A DNA stretch of 60,524 bases, counting the filler, from Gonapodya sp. JEL0774 (taxonomy: Eukaryota): NCBI GenBank assembly GCA_027604505.1. It is 13 parts of 13 records of this genome, joined end to end, with 100 filler letters (N's around TTAATTAATTAA, not from the genome) between each part and the next. Parts side by side here need not be neighbours in the genome. Positions count along the whole stretch, not along the records: positions 23,368 to 27,933 come from JADIIX010000918.1; positions 28,034 to 32,593 come from JADIIX010000919.1; positions 32,694 to 37,253 come from JADIIX010000920.1; positions 37,354 to 41,910 come from JADIIX010000921.1; positions 42,011 to 46,566 come from JADIIX010000922.1; 8 more parts are not named here. One strand, given 5' to 3'. Positions 27,132 to 42,264 of the stretch are shown in pieces. Under the pieces are notes generated by a model, which saw only the letters and a program-made list of their open reading frames with translations, did not search any database and had not been told where the DNA came from. Made by a program: the position numbers and the translations under genes. Each line of letters begins with the position of its first letter. Position 1 is the first letter of the stretch.

Positions 27132-27531
27132 AGACGACCATCATTTGAGCGTAGTTCAGATACCTTCTCATTATTTTGTAATATAGTTTTTATCAAGACG
27201 GAATCATGTTTTGCTGTGAACGAGAAACCCATAAAGCCCACTCATGTGCAAATGGCTTGGGACATCATGAGCGAGGAGATGGCATGGAAGTATTGTTGTT
27301 AATTGCGATGATACTCTCATTATTTCAGACCTTCGTCAACTAATAAGTCTCCAGTGAATGCGATGCCCGAACACACGATATTCACAGAACACAGTGTATT
27401 TACAAATACTTTGTGAAATATGCAAGGGTATCCACTTTTAACGTGACAATTTTTCATGCGTAATGCAAATGATGTAGTCTAAATTTCTCTAAAGACGTGA
27501 TATCTCGAGCTAGTCACAGAATGTCTACGTC

Positions 27532-27933
27532 TTACGCACGCCTGCCCAAAACCATACCTAAAATCAATAAATTAGATTGAGTCAGAAATCACAAACGCCC
27601 CCTCGAAAAAATCGATATTGAACTTACATAACAATGCCATACGGACTATTGTAGCAATCCGCGACGACCAGGAAACGAGTAGCAAATGATGAGAGCAATG
27701 AAAACAAACCCAGAAGAGGAATACCAACCATACAATCCGTATCGCATCTGGCGGAAATATGCCGCTCGTTGATCGAAGTCAACCTCAGGATCAATTTCGT
27801 TGACTCTAGGAAGAGGGTGCATGACGATCATATGGGGCTTGGCTTTTTGCATCACCGTATTGTTGATAATGTACGCGTCCTTGCATCGCTCGTATTCGGC
27901 AAGATCACTGAATCTCTCCTTCTGCACCCTGGT
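27532..27933 (-). CDS. URA2: Aspartate transcarbamoylase C-terminus of the CAD/URA2 multifunctional enzyme, 5' partial
   Basis: [54 protein letters not shown]. Confidence 0.92.
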
Positions 27934-28128
27934 NNNNNNNNNNNNNNNNNNNNNNNNNNNNNNNNNNNNNNNNNNNNTTAATTAATTAANNNNNNNNNNN
28001 NNNNNNNNNNNNNNNNNNNNNNNNNNNNNNNNNTCTTCTGAATACTTTGTTCATCCTAGTGTTCCATCCCTCCTCCTTCTTTCCGCATCCGATCCCCTCT
28101 TCCCATCCTACCTCAATCCTCACTTGAC

Positions 28129-29988
28129 AGAACTTGCAGAGAACTCGAATGTTGTTGTCGCCAGGTCGAAACTCGGCGGACACCTCGGGTGGCGCGAAGG
28201 TTGGCTTGCCCAAGCCTGGGAAAAGTACACATCCACCGACACAATTTTGGATGGTGGTGTTATTGGGGGCTGTCGGTGGTGGTGCAGGGTCGTGCGGGAG
28301 GTTGGAGCAGTCGCCGAGGTGAGCTGACGTAACATTACATTTGTTTGCGTCGAATATCAATCGTATGGTATTTCACCTCGCGAACATGTTAGCTCCTATC
28401 CGGAGTCACAATGGCTCTCAGGACTTCTCGCCTAGATCACACCTTGCCACCCCATCTACCTTCTCCCGGGGTTCCCAGGCCCATGCTAGAAATCATGGCG
28501 AATGCGGGTCAGGGACTCGACATCAGTAGCTATCTATTTTGGAACACACTCGTTGTTGCGGCAGAGGATCAAGGCCGTCGTGATGGAGCCCCAGAAGACA
28601 CCTTTTGGCTGTTGCGCGGACTTAGTGGTCTCCCCCAACTGGACGAATTGGTGGGTGAGACCAGGCGAGCCGAGGGAGCCTGGGATGAGTATCCAGGCAC
28701 AGGGATGGAGTCTGCACTGGATTCCATGGCGGCATCTCAGGTGTCGATCTCTTCCACTGCGTCCCTTCCAAACACGGCTCGCAGACCGCCACCACGTGAT
28801 GCCACAGACGCAATCCTCGTGCACTCCACGTCGCGGATGAAATTGAGCACTCAGCAAAGTCCGTCAACACAATCAACAAGTACACCACCTTCTCTTCAAC
28901 CTCGACCGCGCAGGCGTGCCTCTTCACGTGTTACACCAGCTGCATCCTCATTCCTGGTTGCTGACGCACATCTAATTCTGCAGACTACAGACGTTTGGCG
29001 TCGCGATCCGGGAGCACATATCGCCGAGGTGGTGACGACGCCCTTGCCTATGCCCTCACCGTTATCCCTACCCAGCGCTCATGTCACACCAGCGTCCGAC
29101 CCTGGGAAACTCGCTGGCGCCCTCGTTCTTGCAGGTACGAAGCTGCCGTTGGGTGGTGATGCGTCGGTATCGCTCTGGGGCCGGTCGGACTTACAAACTT
29201 GGGAAAGCTTTCCGGATATGTGGCTTTCCGACGCATTGGTGCCCCTAACCGACGATCGCACTGGTCGTGATCCTTCGCCCACCCCGGCCTCTCGACGACC
29301 TTTGCGAAGAAATCGATCTGCCGATCATCTTACCAGTGATTCGTGGCCATCTCGACCCAAACTTACATCGAATTTCGATATGCAATCCACTGATTCGAGT
29401 ATCAGGGAAATTCGAGGCGCTGCTATCGATTCTGCGTCTACTTTGGGTGCTGATGAGCATTCGTCGCCGCCACCAACACCAACGCAAAGCCGTGCAAAAT
29501 TATGGGTTACAAAGCGTCCGTCTGGAGACTTGACAAATGTCCCCATATCAGTAATCGCTCGGAGAAGTTCCTTGTCGGCCACCTCTTCAACTTCTGCACC
29601 GATCAATCGCTTGTTTTGGTGGCTTCTTGTTGCCCGAAGGCTGTTCTTCGTGATAACAGTATCTGCTTTCCATAGTGCGATGATGGCGATAGGACGTGGG
29701 GGTGCTGTGGAGCGGTGGGCGAGAACGGTGAGGGAAGCTGCGGTTGGAAAGGTCCGAGAGATTCCTCGCTATCCTCCCGGTGTTTCGAAAACGGAAGAGT
29801 CGCCTGAAGTTTCGAATGGCAGTCGGGGATCTTCTATGACGAGAGCAGTCTCAGCAACGACAGTGGCACTTTTAGTGTGGTTGGTAGGACGCCGGGTGAG
29901 GTATCACTTGCGGGAAAGGGTAGACTGGGCGTTGGCAACTGAAGTGGTGGAATTGTTGGAAAGGGCTTCGAAGGTGACATCCTTGTGA
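28129..29988 (+). CDS. 3' part of a possible ABHD1-3-type alpha/beta hydrolase with long low-complexity/hydrophobic extension
   Basis: ENSNVVVARSKLGGHLGW resembles the catalytic-His motif (GGHLGF/W); the exon splices in frame into the 525-aa ORF. Confidence 0.5.
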
Positions 29989-30181
29989 AGGGCTGAGTCT
30001 TGTGCCATACTGTTGGGAGAGATGGAATACTTGCATGTGTTCTGGCTACTTGAGGACAGATTCCAGCCTGCGTTGTGTTTTGAAATATGTAGATTGTTAT
30101 ATTTGTACTCATTAATCTTGTAAGAAACATGCATACGGCATACATATACTGAGAGTCAATTACGGAAAACTCGGCAATTCC

Positions 30182-32141
30182 AAGCGAGCTTTATGATCCA
30201 GGTACCCTGGGGAGTTTCATGGTGAACAAGCACTGTGCCAATACACCAAATGTTGTCAGTGATAACGACAGACAAATCAACGTCATTAACGGTTGGCCTC
30301 GGATATTGCTTTTAGAGGCAATCCTGTCAATGTACACAAACACAACGTACGAGAAAGCCCAGTGAGAATACGCACCGCCAAGACAGTGCTAATGGCAACC
30401 TAGCGAAACTTCTGGCGTTTATCTATATACGAAGTATGTCGATTGTTTTGAGTTTGGATCTATTATCATCCTAGAAAAAGAAGCGCACCTGAAGCATAAT
30501 TTGATCCATCGCCGCTCCCACCCCCAACTGGAGGAAGATCTGATGAAACAGCACGATCATCTCACACCGAAAGTCTGATTGCCATCATGATGGGGACGAC
30601 TTTACGAACCAATTGTAGGAGATATTTTGGTGGAACCTCTAGTTCGTCAAATGTAAGATGCTGAGGTGAGAACAGATGTCGGTTTGGAAACAACACAGCG
30701 ATCACTGAATAAGAGCCCATACGGTCATACGTCAGAAGGCAGAATGTGTACTTCCAATGTGCTTCAACATCTTACGCAGTGGCACAACAATCGCCGCAGC
30801 TTGCTCGATCAAGATTTCATGTTCGATCTCTGTCGCTGCACAAATGTGATCAAGATGGGCTTCTTGAGTCGATGCTTCAATGCCACTGATCGACTGCTCA
30901 CAAGAGAACTGATTCCGATGGGTACCCTCCAGATCTTCAACGTCTGGTCTCAAGCTAGTTCTTGGTGTGTCATTGTTGATGTGCATGCGGAGTCCTCTCG
31001 ACGAGATGTATGTTATGAGCATACGAGCAGTGTATCTCCACGCTGTCTCGTATTGTCGTTTTCTATGGAAGAAGGCTGATCTCCAGACCAAGCGAGTTGA
31101 GTTGATTAGGAGCACTGTGATAAGGACGTGTTCCATGCTTCCGATGCTGAAAAGCATCCACACACCACTGAAAGTGATGTTCAATATGTCACGGATTCCC
31201 ATGGTTGGAATTAAAAGATTGTTCTGGAGCTATTCTTACGTAACGGCCGCGTGAGCTTGTCCGGGTGCCAGAGCGACGCCAGGCGTATGCGCAATCATCT
31301 CTGAACCTTCCGCCGATGAAGCTGTACACCATCTGGGAGTAATACAGTGTGATCGGTTACACCATTTGGTATACCGTGCTCAATGAGAGAGTCATTTACT
31401 CACCGTAGAGGAATGAGGACCAAAACATCAAAGAATACCGGGTGGAAGAACACACGCCAGATCATTTGGTAGTACACGTTGAGAGTGTTGTATACGGGGA
31501 GTAAGAACATGCAATACGCTGCCGTCTGCCATTGCAAGCTACGTGAAGGCTGCAAGTTTTACTGTCAAGTGGATCTGCACGTGGGAACTTGCCGTTATTG
31601 CTGCACAGAACTGTCCAGCACTGCGCGTTTTGGGATGCATTTTTACCGCATTCGTTGGACACCGTATCGCGTCTGCGGCTTTCTCAAGATCGTAATTGGA
31701 TGTGAAAGCAGCGAATGCAAAGCACGAAACTCCATATGCACTGACAAAGAGAATGATATCTGCAGCGAAAGAGTTTAATATATATGCCCGCCGAATCCGC
31801 AGCATGGGTCATGGCAGGAAGAACTCACCTAAATAGTAGTAAGATAACGAAATTTTCGATATCCATACAATAAACACGACGGTCCACGTGAACAATAGCA
31901 GGCCGAATATCACAAGGGTGTTCCGCTGAGCACTGTGAATGGAGCTTCGCAGCCCATTCATCGCCACATACTCCACACCCGGAAAGCAGATGACGCAAGA
32001 AACCACAATCCCCGTAAATACTAAGACGACCGTACTGTTAACGCCCGGCTGGGTGGCGGGTTCATCGGCACCAGCCGTGGCGGTCCACGGAACAAAACTC
32101 AATAACCAGACTGTCGCGATCGGAAGTACTGAGACCAACAA
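30182..32141 (-). CDS. Multi-pass membrane protein of unknown function, multi-exon; boundaries approximate
   Basis: Several hydrophobic segments in the minus-strand ORFs 31809-32141, 31539-31805 and 30732-31202, separated by intron-like gaps. Confidence 0.45.
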
Positions 32142-32693
32142 CCTTGAAGTTTAAAAGCAATAAACCAAGAAATCACGATTTAAGGGAAAAGAATGACAGG
32201 CAGGGAATCTTACGATAATATCAGCATCGCTCCGTGAGTGACCAGTAAATCACACATAGGGGACGTCAAAGATCCTGTCACCAATCCAGTACGGTGGAGT
32301 AGGCTCTGGTGAGCTTTCTGATCGGAAGCTCTTTCATCAGTCGCTTTCATCACACGTCCCTGACTGAGTTGGTGTGCTATTGGTAACTCCGATTCCAACG
32401 CGTTGCAAACAGTGCATTTCCCAGCCGAGGGTCCCGAACGCAGCGGAATGTGAAAATGTCCATTTACACACAGCAGAAACGCTGAGCCACTATTTGCTCC
32501 CCAACGTGGAACAAAATTCCACAAGGAGTCCCGAAAGTGTGGAGGTCCGTCAGGAAATTCCTCTCGAAGGTTCGCCATGCTCCGCAAACCCGANNNNNNN
32601 NNNNNNNNNNNNNNNNNNNNNNNNNNNNNNNNNNNNNTTAATTAATTAANNNNNNNNNNNNNNNNNNNNNNNNNNNNNNNNNNNNNNNNNNNN

Positions 32694-33095
32694 GGGATGG
32701 GGGGCACGAGGAGTCCTGGGTCGGCGCGGGAGAGGCGGACGAGGTTTGGGTCGGAACCTCGGGCGGGAGCAGGAGCAGAAGGGGTGGAGGAGAAGGACGA
32801 GCTCGAGGAGGAGAATGCGCGGGTTCCTGCATCTGCATCTGCCCGCAGGAGTGTGCGACCACCACTGATTGTCCTGGGTGATCGTGACCAGTCTGTCCAT
32901 CGAGCGACAGCTGGACCGACACAGCGAGGACCTGCAGACGAACAAGGAATGGCGGATAAAACCGTCGGTACGAGTGACGTTGCCGATACGGAGACACGCA
33001 TGAGTGCCGATGGTACGGACATGGGCGGACGATTGTGTGTGAAGAGTTTTTTGGATTTCGGATCGGACGTGTGCGTTTATCATTTGCAGAGTTGA
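32694..33095 (+). CDS. 3' end of a hypothetical protein
   Basis: Open frame from the contig edge to a stop at 33095; acidic, low-complexity sequence. Confidence 0.4.
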   Translation, partial: GMGGTRSPGSARERRTRFGSEPRAGAGAEGVEEKDELEEENARVPASASARRSVRPPLIVLGDRDQSVHRATAGPTQRGPADEQGMADKTVGTSDVADTETRMSADGTDMGGRLCVKSFLDFGSDVCVYHLQS

Positions 33096-33468
33096 AGCAC
33101 CCAAGTCCCCAAGCACCGAGTATCGAGCACACCGCGACACCGCGACAGCCACCCCTCGTCCCGGACGGGTAACGCTTATCGTATTTTGGTATTGTTTCGG
33201 CCTATGGGTTTTGCGGTTGTGATGTTCCCAACTTTCCACGGTGACGCATGGAACCGAGACGGAAAACAAAAGACAAAGTACGCTCACGTCTCAATAAAAC
33301 AGCAAAGTCACAAGACATGTATTCTTGCTTTGTGTAACGTGCGCGGAGGCACAGCCGCCAGCCAAAAGCGTATCGGTATTGTGCAACCATAACCTGTGGA
33401 ATGATACAAAAAATTGACACTACGATTTGTGGACTGAGATGCAGTACTGCGCACCCAAACGCGAGCCG

Positions 33469-34915
33469 ATGGCAGAAGCAACTCAAGTTGTAGATGTCGA
33501 CTCCATCATAGGGAGGTTGCTCGAAGGTGCGAAGCGCTCTCAGCGCTCTCTGTTTGGATACGCGATATCGAAGGTTCCCCACGTTCGCATAGTGCTGACA
33601 CGCCTTATCGCACCCATCCTGAACCGATGCTTCTCGAACTGCATCTACATGGACTCCCAGTACGGGGCATGCGACCAGGGAAGCTGGTGCAGCTCAGCGA
33701 ACTTGAGATCCGATGGCTGTGTACGAAGGCGAGGGAGATCATGATCAACCAACCGATTTTCTTGGAGCTTGCGGCTCCCATCAAGATTTGCGGTGAGCTG
33801 AGAGTCGATTGTTCTTGCGACAGACATATTGCCAGTTGGTGGTTCTGCCTACTGTGCTCACTGGGGTTGCGTTTGCCCTGGATGTGTTGATGTTGGTGAC
33901 TTTAGGTGACATCCACGGCCAATACTACGACCTCCTACGTCTCTTCGAGTACGGCGGGTTCCCTCCGGAATCCAACTACCTTTTCTTGGGGGACTACGTT
34001 GACCGGGGCAAGCAATCGATGGAGACAATATGCCTCCTGCTCGCCTACAAGGTTCGATACACTGAGAACTTCTTCATCCTCAGAGGGAACCATGAGTCGG
34101 CGAGTATCAACCGGGTGTATGGATTTTACGACGAATGTGAGAGTGTTTGTCGTGAGAGACAACATGCTTGGTGCCGTGACCGGAATCGCGCCATGCGTTT
34201 TAGGTAAACGCCGTTACAGCGTGTCGCTCTGGAAGACGTTTACGGACTGCTTCAATTGTCTGCCCGTGGCCGCCATCATTGAAGATAGAATCTTGGCCAT
34301 GCACGGTGGGCTGTCGCCGGACTTGGACACCTTGGAGCAGATTGGCCGCATCCAGAGACCGACCGAGGTACCGGACGCCGGTGAGTGCTCTGTTTGAAGG
34401 AAAGCCTGCCATCACCCATCTCGAAATACACTTAGCTGGAGCCTATCCTTCGGAAAACGACAGGCCTCCTCGCGGACCTCTTGTGGTCCGACCCAGACAC
34501 CGAAATCACCGGCTGGAACGAGAACGACCGGGGCATCAGTTTCACTTTCGGACCAGACGTGGTCGCCCGGTTCGTCACGAAGCACGACATCGATCTCATC
34601 TGCCGGGCCCATCAGGTCGTGGAGGACGGGTACGAGTTTTTCGCCAGGAAGAGGCTCGTCACGCTCTTCTCGGCGCCAAATTATATGGGAGAGTTCGACA
34701 ATGCCGGAGTGATCATGGCGGTCGATGAGCAGCTTGTTTGTTCGTTTCAGGTGAGGAGGGTAAATGATTTCCAACGTCGTGGTACTTTTTTGTACTTGAC
34801 GACAGAGCGTGCTCGGAATATCAAGATCTTGAAGCCAGCCCAAAAGCAACTGAAACAACTAACTGCTGGAAGTGGTAGTGGTAGAGCCCCCGCAATATCA
34901 CGGAAAGGTCAGTAG
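33469..34915 (+). CDS. Protein phosphatase 1 catalytic subunit, divergent paralogue A
   Basis: [67 protein letters not shown]; 5 introns. Confidence 0.96.
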
Positions 34916-35282
34916 GACGGGCATATAGGTCAGTGCTTTGGGTCTAATACTGTCTGCACAATTCCTTGACCTCTGTTACTCCAGCTGACATCCAATAACA
35001 TCATATAAAAGGTCATTTTACATAAAGAATTGAGGGCAAATGTAGCCGGACTTGTTTATACTCTTGGTATTTAGGGATTTGCATCATCACTTGCCAGCAA
35101 AAATACTCTGAGACACATATCATCGTATCCACTGTTCACATCAGATTACTTGAGGGGATCGTTGCTGGCGATTTGCCTCGACACAACGTTCGGTGCTAGT
35201 TGTCCATGCAGAGTGGCGGAGCTGGGACACACGAAAAGGGAAAGGGGGTCTAACTTTCCAAACGAACTCATCTTTGCGAAAG

Positions 35283-36760
<1,478 letters not shown>

Positions 36761-37353
36761 TGGAAGTGATACACCTTTGTGTGGGATTGCAACGAGAAAC
36801 GTTGCTCTGTTTTATATATTGTACTTTAGCATTGTCATTGTCATTGATAAAAGTTCACGCTAGTTTACAAGCTAACAATTCAGAGTGGTTTCCCCCTCCC
36901 TCCCCCTCGCCCAGCCTCTCTCTCTCTGTCGTGGGTATGTAAAAGTCTGCAAACGTTGCTGCTGAAAACCAACGGGAAAGTATATGTGGAGACTCAAGGA
37001 TGGTGTGACATTTCATATTGTGATCCAGAAATCAATGTCTGCTGCCTCAATCTTTTTGTGTGCGTTGGGAGAAAGATAGTACAACTACCTCAGGTCCCCT
37101 TCCTGCAGACCCAAACTCGTTCGACATGGAAGGCTCCAGGTTTGAACTCGTAAGGTGGTCCCTCCTTCAGCAATTCCACCTCGCAACCACCTTTTGTCCC
37201 ATACAAATCTTTAACCTCTTCGGGGGGAACAGAGAATGGTGGCCCTGACATGGNNNNNNNNNNNNNNNNNNNNNNNNNNNNNNNNNNNNNNNNNNNNTTA
37301 ATTAATTAANNNNNNNNNNNNNNNNNNNNNNNNNNNNNNNNNNNNNNNNNNNN

Positions 37354-38265
37354 ACTCGCCAAGTCTGGGATCTATTCAGAGCTTTGGCCATGCGCTGGAC
37401 TCCATCCTGTGCAACGAGACCTTCTGTTTGGGGACTCAGCTGATATGTCGTGAGTGCGGATAGTTTTCAACCATGGGGAACTCAAACCCCCGTTCTGAAT
37501 CCTTCCGGCTCTCTGCGTAGCCGTGATAGAACCGCTCGCCTATCAGATGTGCCTCCTGTCGTGGATTTTATCCGAGAGCACCACGAATCTCTTATTGCTG
37601 TTGGAGAGATCGGACTTGATTTCACCCCACACGTTCTTCACCCCGGTCTCACAGCCGGCGATGTCAGGCGCTTGAAAAAGGACAGTGCGACGAAAGTCGC
37701 AGTGGAAACAAGGGAGTTCGAGACAAGAGAGGAGCAGAAAGAGGTTTTTCGAAGACTTGTGCGATGCGCGTTGGAATATGGACTACCGGTCAACTGTCAT
37801 TCCAGGAGTGCTGGAAGGTATACCATCGAAGTGCTTCGGTGAGTATGAGTGAACACTTACTCGCACGTTACTTGAAGTCCTCATATGCTTTCACCACCGT
37901 CTAGTGAGATGAACGTCCAAAGCGCCATTCTCCATGCATTCGATGGTAGTGTGCCCAACGCTCTTTCCGCCGCTTCTTTGGGGTACTTTCTCTCTGTTCC
38001 ACCATCTGTTGTTCGGTCCCCTCAAATGCAATCCCTCGTGGATGCACTGCCGTTGACGAACATTCTTCTGGAAACGGACTCACCGGCATTGGCGCCAGAT
38101 CCTGGAGGTCGAAACGAGCCTTCAAAGTTGGTTGTCTCGCTTGAGGAAGTTGCTAAGCGGAAAGGCTTCAGCTCTGAGGAGGTTTCAGCCCTCGCTTTGG
38201 AAAACGCGCGAAAAGTGTTTTCCGACTTGGATACGAAATGGCTCAAGACCAATTTGCATCCTTAG
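37354..38265 (+). CDS. TatD-family DNase (TATDN3-like), 5' partial
   Basis: CAGLHPVQ..AVGEIGLDF..PVNCHSRSAG..LHAFDG..LLETDSPAL..RNEP. Confidence 0.93.
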
Positions 38266-38439
38266 CGTCTGGGAATCGACTATGTAGTGAATCTTGGTTG
38301 GGATCACTTTGGGAGTGCGCATGCATGGGTTTCCATTATGCAGTGTATACAAAGATCTACATATATACAACGTGACGGTGTGTATATTCGCTCCGGTGAT
38401 TCTTGAGCTTCACCCATCTAATTCTTCTTATCATCCTAA

Positions 38440-40380
38440 ATGCTGCGAGATCTCAACCCCAATCGTTTGCGGGCAACGTGCATCGCACAGAGTGTCGGTC
38501 GAATAGCTGGAGGGGAATCTCGACGTACGACGACCCACTCCATCCATCTCCTCAATACCCCAGTATATTCGGGAATACGCTAATCTGAAAGTTTCCATAT
38601 TGCTGGAATCATCTCGATGCCGTCTCTCAAGCGTCGGCAGACTACCAACACGATGTCTCCCATGGTTGCCAGTGCGCACGATATGACACTAGCTGAAGCA
38701 CGCAAAGTAATTCTAGAAGATCAGGTTTGTTCTGTTAGAGTATCGACTGCTTCGTGCTCCAGCTAAGATTGACCAAAACTCGCTCTTGAATGTCGTTATA
38801 CTCCCTAGATCCAAAGAAGGGGCGCCAAGCTCGACGTCTACATAAAGTCGCCTACATATCCACCGTCCTCTTTATTGTTATTGTTTCCAGCGTTTACTAC
38901 TATATGCACTTGAGTACGGTACCCATTTCTGGTCAGTGAAACCAAGTGTGAACCTCGAATTCGCAAGACTAGGACCTGATTCACATCCACACAAAGGCCA
39001 CGTCCGCTTTCTGGATATTACACCAGAAAATGAGCAGTGGCTTGCAGACGGTAAGAAAACTTTGCCCCAGGAGCTTGCATTCGTTTTTCCTTCAAAAGGC
39101 TCACCAAGTTCCTCTGTGAACAGTGGTGTACAAACAACCTCTTGAAGAAAACAAGGACACCTTCATGAGCGACTGGAATCTCATGACCCTCATGGTTCAC
39201 CCAGTGGTGCGTGCTTATTGATATTGCTTCAGATCTCTGTGCTGAGACTAATTGTTCATGAAACTTCTTCTTCTGCAAATTGCATCATCACCAGGCTAAG
39301 CAGCTTGCTCCTGTCTCGGGTCTGACTAACTTAGACTGGAAAGTTCATGTTGTGGAAAATGCGGAACCGAATGCTTTTGTACTGTAAGCGCAACATCCCC
39401 CTATTTGTCATTGGGACGTACACACATTCTTTTCTTGGATCAATGACAGGCCTGGTGGCAAAATATTTGTTAACACAGGCTTATTTAAAGTTGTCAACAC
39501 TGTTGATGAGCTAGCCATTGTGCTGGGTCATGAACTTGCACATCAGGGCGCTCGCCATTCATGCGAGAAGTTTTCACTTGGAAAGTTCCGCATTCTGGCT
39601 GCGGCTCTGTCGTGGTCTCTTGGTTTTCATACTCTCTTGACTCAAAACGCTGTGTCCCAATATTGTGAGGAGAATGATCTAGCGAGTATTTTCATGTTTT
39701 ACTTCACGAATTGCACCGCGCTAGTGATCGACCTTCCTTATAGCCGCGAAATGTAAGTGAACCAACCAACTTTTCGTTCCTTTTCTGTTCTAATAATCAT
39801 TTGTCCACAGAGAAGCGGAGGCTGACTACATAGGAATGCATTTGGCGTCCGCTGCGTGCTATGGTATGTTCTTCAGACACATCCCGATAAGCCACCACTT
39901 TAATGACAGCGCTGCGTCAACAACCTTTATCACAGATCCCTCGGCAGCTCCTGTTCTGTGGTCACGCTTTCATGAGCTTGTGGGGGACAAGGAACCCATT
40001 GCTTATCTCTCAGACCATCCCTCATCTGCTGCGAGGATTGAAGCAGTAAACTATTGGCTGCCTGGCGCACTCAAGCGGCGGAAAGAGTCAGAGTGCGATA
40101 AATGCCCGCATTCATGGAGGCCTTTATGAAGTCAGTGGGTAGGTGGGCCGGCGTGCGGAAAACAGAGGATGTGCAGGCTTCGGATAGTCCAAACGTGAGC
40201 GTATCAGCATTATCGACTGTCCAAGATCTCGCTAACTCACATCTGTCACAGAAATCGAATGACACATCTTATGAGGAGTTGCGCGATGGTTTGGAAGTCA
40301 TCCGGCAAGCAACCGCCCGGGATCTCCGAAATAGTACGGTTGACGCCGCTATTGCTATCAGCCGGAAGAAAGAAACATAA
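38440..40380 (+). pseudogene. OMA1-like M48 metalloprotease copy 1, probably disrupted
   Basis: EPNAFVLPGGKIFVNTGL..VLGHELAHQGARH..YSREMEAEADYIG..YLSDHPSSAARI. In-frame TAA at 38581 and an apparent 1-bp frameshift near 40101. Confidence 0.7.
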
Positions 40381-40501
40381 TATCTCGAGTTCTTGATTCA
40401 TGCATATACAATAGAACGCTGAGGAAGACACAACAGTTCGTTTATAATTGTGCAGCACTCCGAATGCATATATAGCTTCACAATATACCTCCACAAAAAT
40501 T

Positions 40502-41910
40502 ATGTTCTCACGAGCAACGGCCGTCACGCGAATGCTCCGTCGGAATATTGAAGTCGGATTGCTTGCCTTTCCCCGACATTCGTCGTTACGCTCATGGACA
40601 CGTCGCGATTTGTCAATCTGTACTTTGACCCGCCGATCGCAAAGCTCATACACCGCCGAGATGTTTGCAACGTCGGCTTTGAAGCGAAGACACGCCAGCA
40701 GTGCGATGGAGAGGTCCACTCCGGAAATGACATTGAACGAAGCGAGGAAGGTGATTTTGGAAGATAAGGTAGGTTTCTATTCGAGATTGCTTGCTTATGT
40801 CCTGATTAAGTATTGACATCATGGTACATCTTTCTCATCGTCGGCTTCTGTGAACTCACTGCAGAAAGATCGAAGATCTCGGTGGAGAGCAAAGGTTGCC
40901 TACGTCTCTGCGGCGGTGTTGCTCATTTCAGGGGCGTATTATCTCATGAACTTGGACGTAGTGCCGATCTCAGGTGTGCTCAAGTGTGGAATTAGTTTCG
41001 CGCTCTTCACGGGTTCCCAGTACTGGAGAGAATCATTCTCTTTTCTTACACCAATAGGCCGTGTCCGGTTCCTAGACGTTACTCCAGAAGATGAACTTTG
41101 GCTTGCTGAGAGTAAGCGCTTTTGGTGTCGAATGAACCAGCAAGCACTCGTTGTTCTTTTTTGAACCGAACTGGATGTTCAAACTCCGAATCAATTGTTC
41201 CCTCAGTCCTCTACAATCAGCTCCTCGAAGACAACAAAGACACCTATCTTAGCGAATGGAACCCTATGACACTCATGGTCAAGTCAGTGGTGAGTAATAA
41301 GTAGGTGCCGAGACAAGCGAAGTTTTTCCGTAAAGGATGTGTATATTGGGTAGGCTAAGAGACTCGTCCCCGTCTCCGGTCTGACAAATCTTGACTGGAA
41401 AGTTCATGTGGTGGAGAATCCCGAGCCGAATGCCTTTGTTCTGTGAGTTCGTTTCAGCGTGATGTACGTCCCCGGCGACCTCTCACGCTCACATCCATAA
41501 AGACCCGGTGGGAAGATCTTCGTGAACGCGGGCCTCTTCAGTGTTGTGAAAACTGTGGATGAGCTTGCTGTTGTACTCGGCCATGAAATCGGGCATCAGG
41601 TAGCTCGACATTCGAGCGAAAAGATTTCGCTCGGCAAGTTCCGTATTCTTGCCGCCGGACTGTCGTGGGCGTTTGGAATCGAATGGCTCTTAATTCAACT
41701 CGCCGCATCCCAATACTGTGAGAGGCATCTTTGCGCGTGACACCCATTCGACCTCAAATGTTGTTCCTGGGCTCTAGTGGTTAACCTTCCCTTTAGCAGA
41801 CAAATGTGAGTCAAGTAGCCCGTCCACAACTTGTTGCACTGTTCCGATGTGCTCTAATCCACAGAGAAGCTGAGGCAGATTACATTGGTCTCCACCTCGT
41901 CGCAGCTGCC
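40502..41910 (+). CDS. OMA1: OMA1-like M48 metalloprotease copy 2, 3' partial
   Basis: Arg-rich presequence, TM helix, VPISGRVRF, EPNAFVLPGGKIFVNAGL, VLGHEIGHQVARHSSEK, FSRQMEAEADYIGL. Confidence 0.88.
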
Positions 41911-42011
41911 NNNNNNNNNNNNNNNNNNNNNNNNNNNNNNNNNNNNNNNNNNNNTTAATTAATTAANNNNNNNNNNNNNNNNNNNNNNNNNNNNNNNNNN
42001 NNNNNNNNNNA

Positions 42012-42251
42012 TCCAGGCGTGACTGCATAGGTCTCTTTCAAGTCTGCTTCGATTCAGGATCCACATCTCGAATGCTCAAAGACAGTTTCGGAGCACCTGC
42101 ACTCGGCAACCCACTGGCAGAGGCCGTAGGTGGCCTTCTTGGCGTCAAGGCGGTGTATGGAACTCCGGAGATATTGCTGTACGGTGGAACGAAACCCGAC
42201 GGATCCTGGTGGGGTGGATATAGCTCCGCATCTGGATGGGACGGATGGTAG
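42012..42251 (+). CDS. 3' end of an intronless hypothetical protein (virus-like contig)
   Basis: Open frame from the contig edge: SRRDCIGLFQVCFDSG..PEILLYGGTKPDGSWWGGYSSASGWDGW*. Confidence 0.5.
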   Translation, partial: SRRDCIGLFQVCFDSGSTSRMLKDSFGAPALGNPLAEAVGGLLGVKAVYGTPEILLYGGTKPDGSWWGGYSSASGWDGW

Positions 42252-42264
42252 GTAAGACAGTCTG

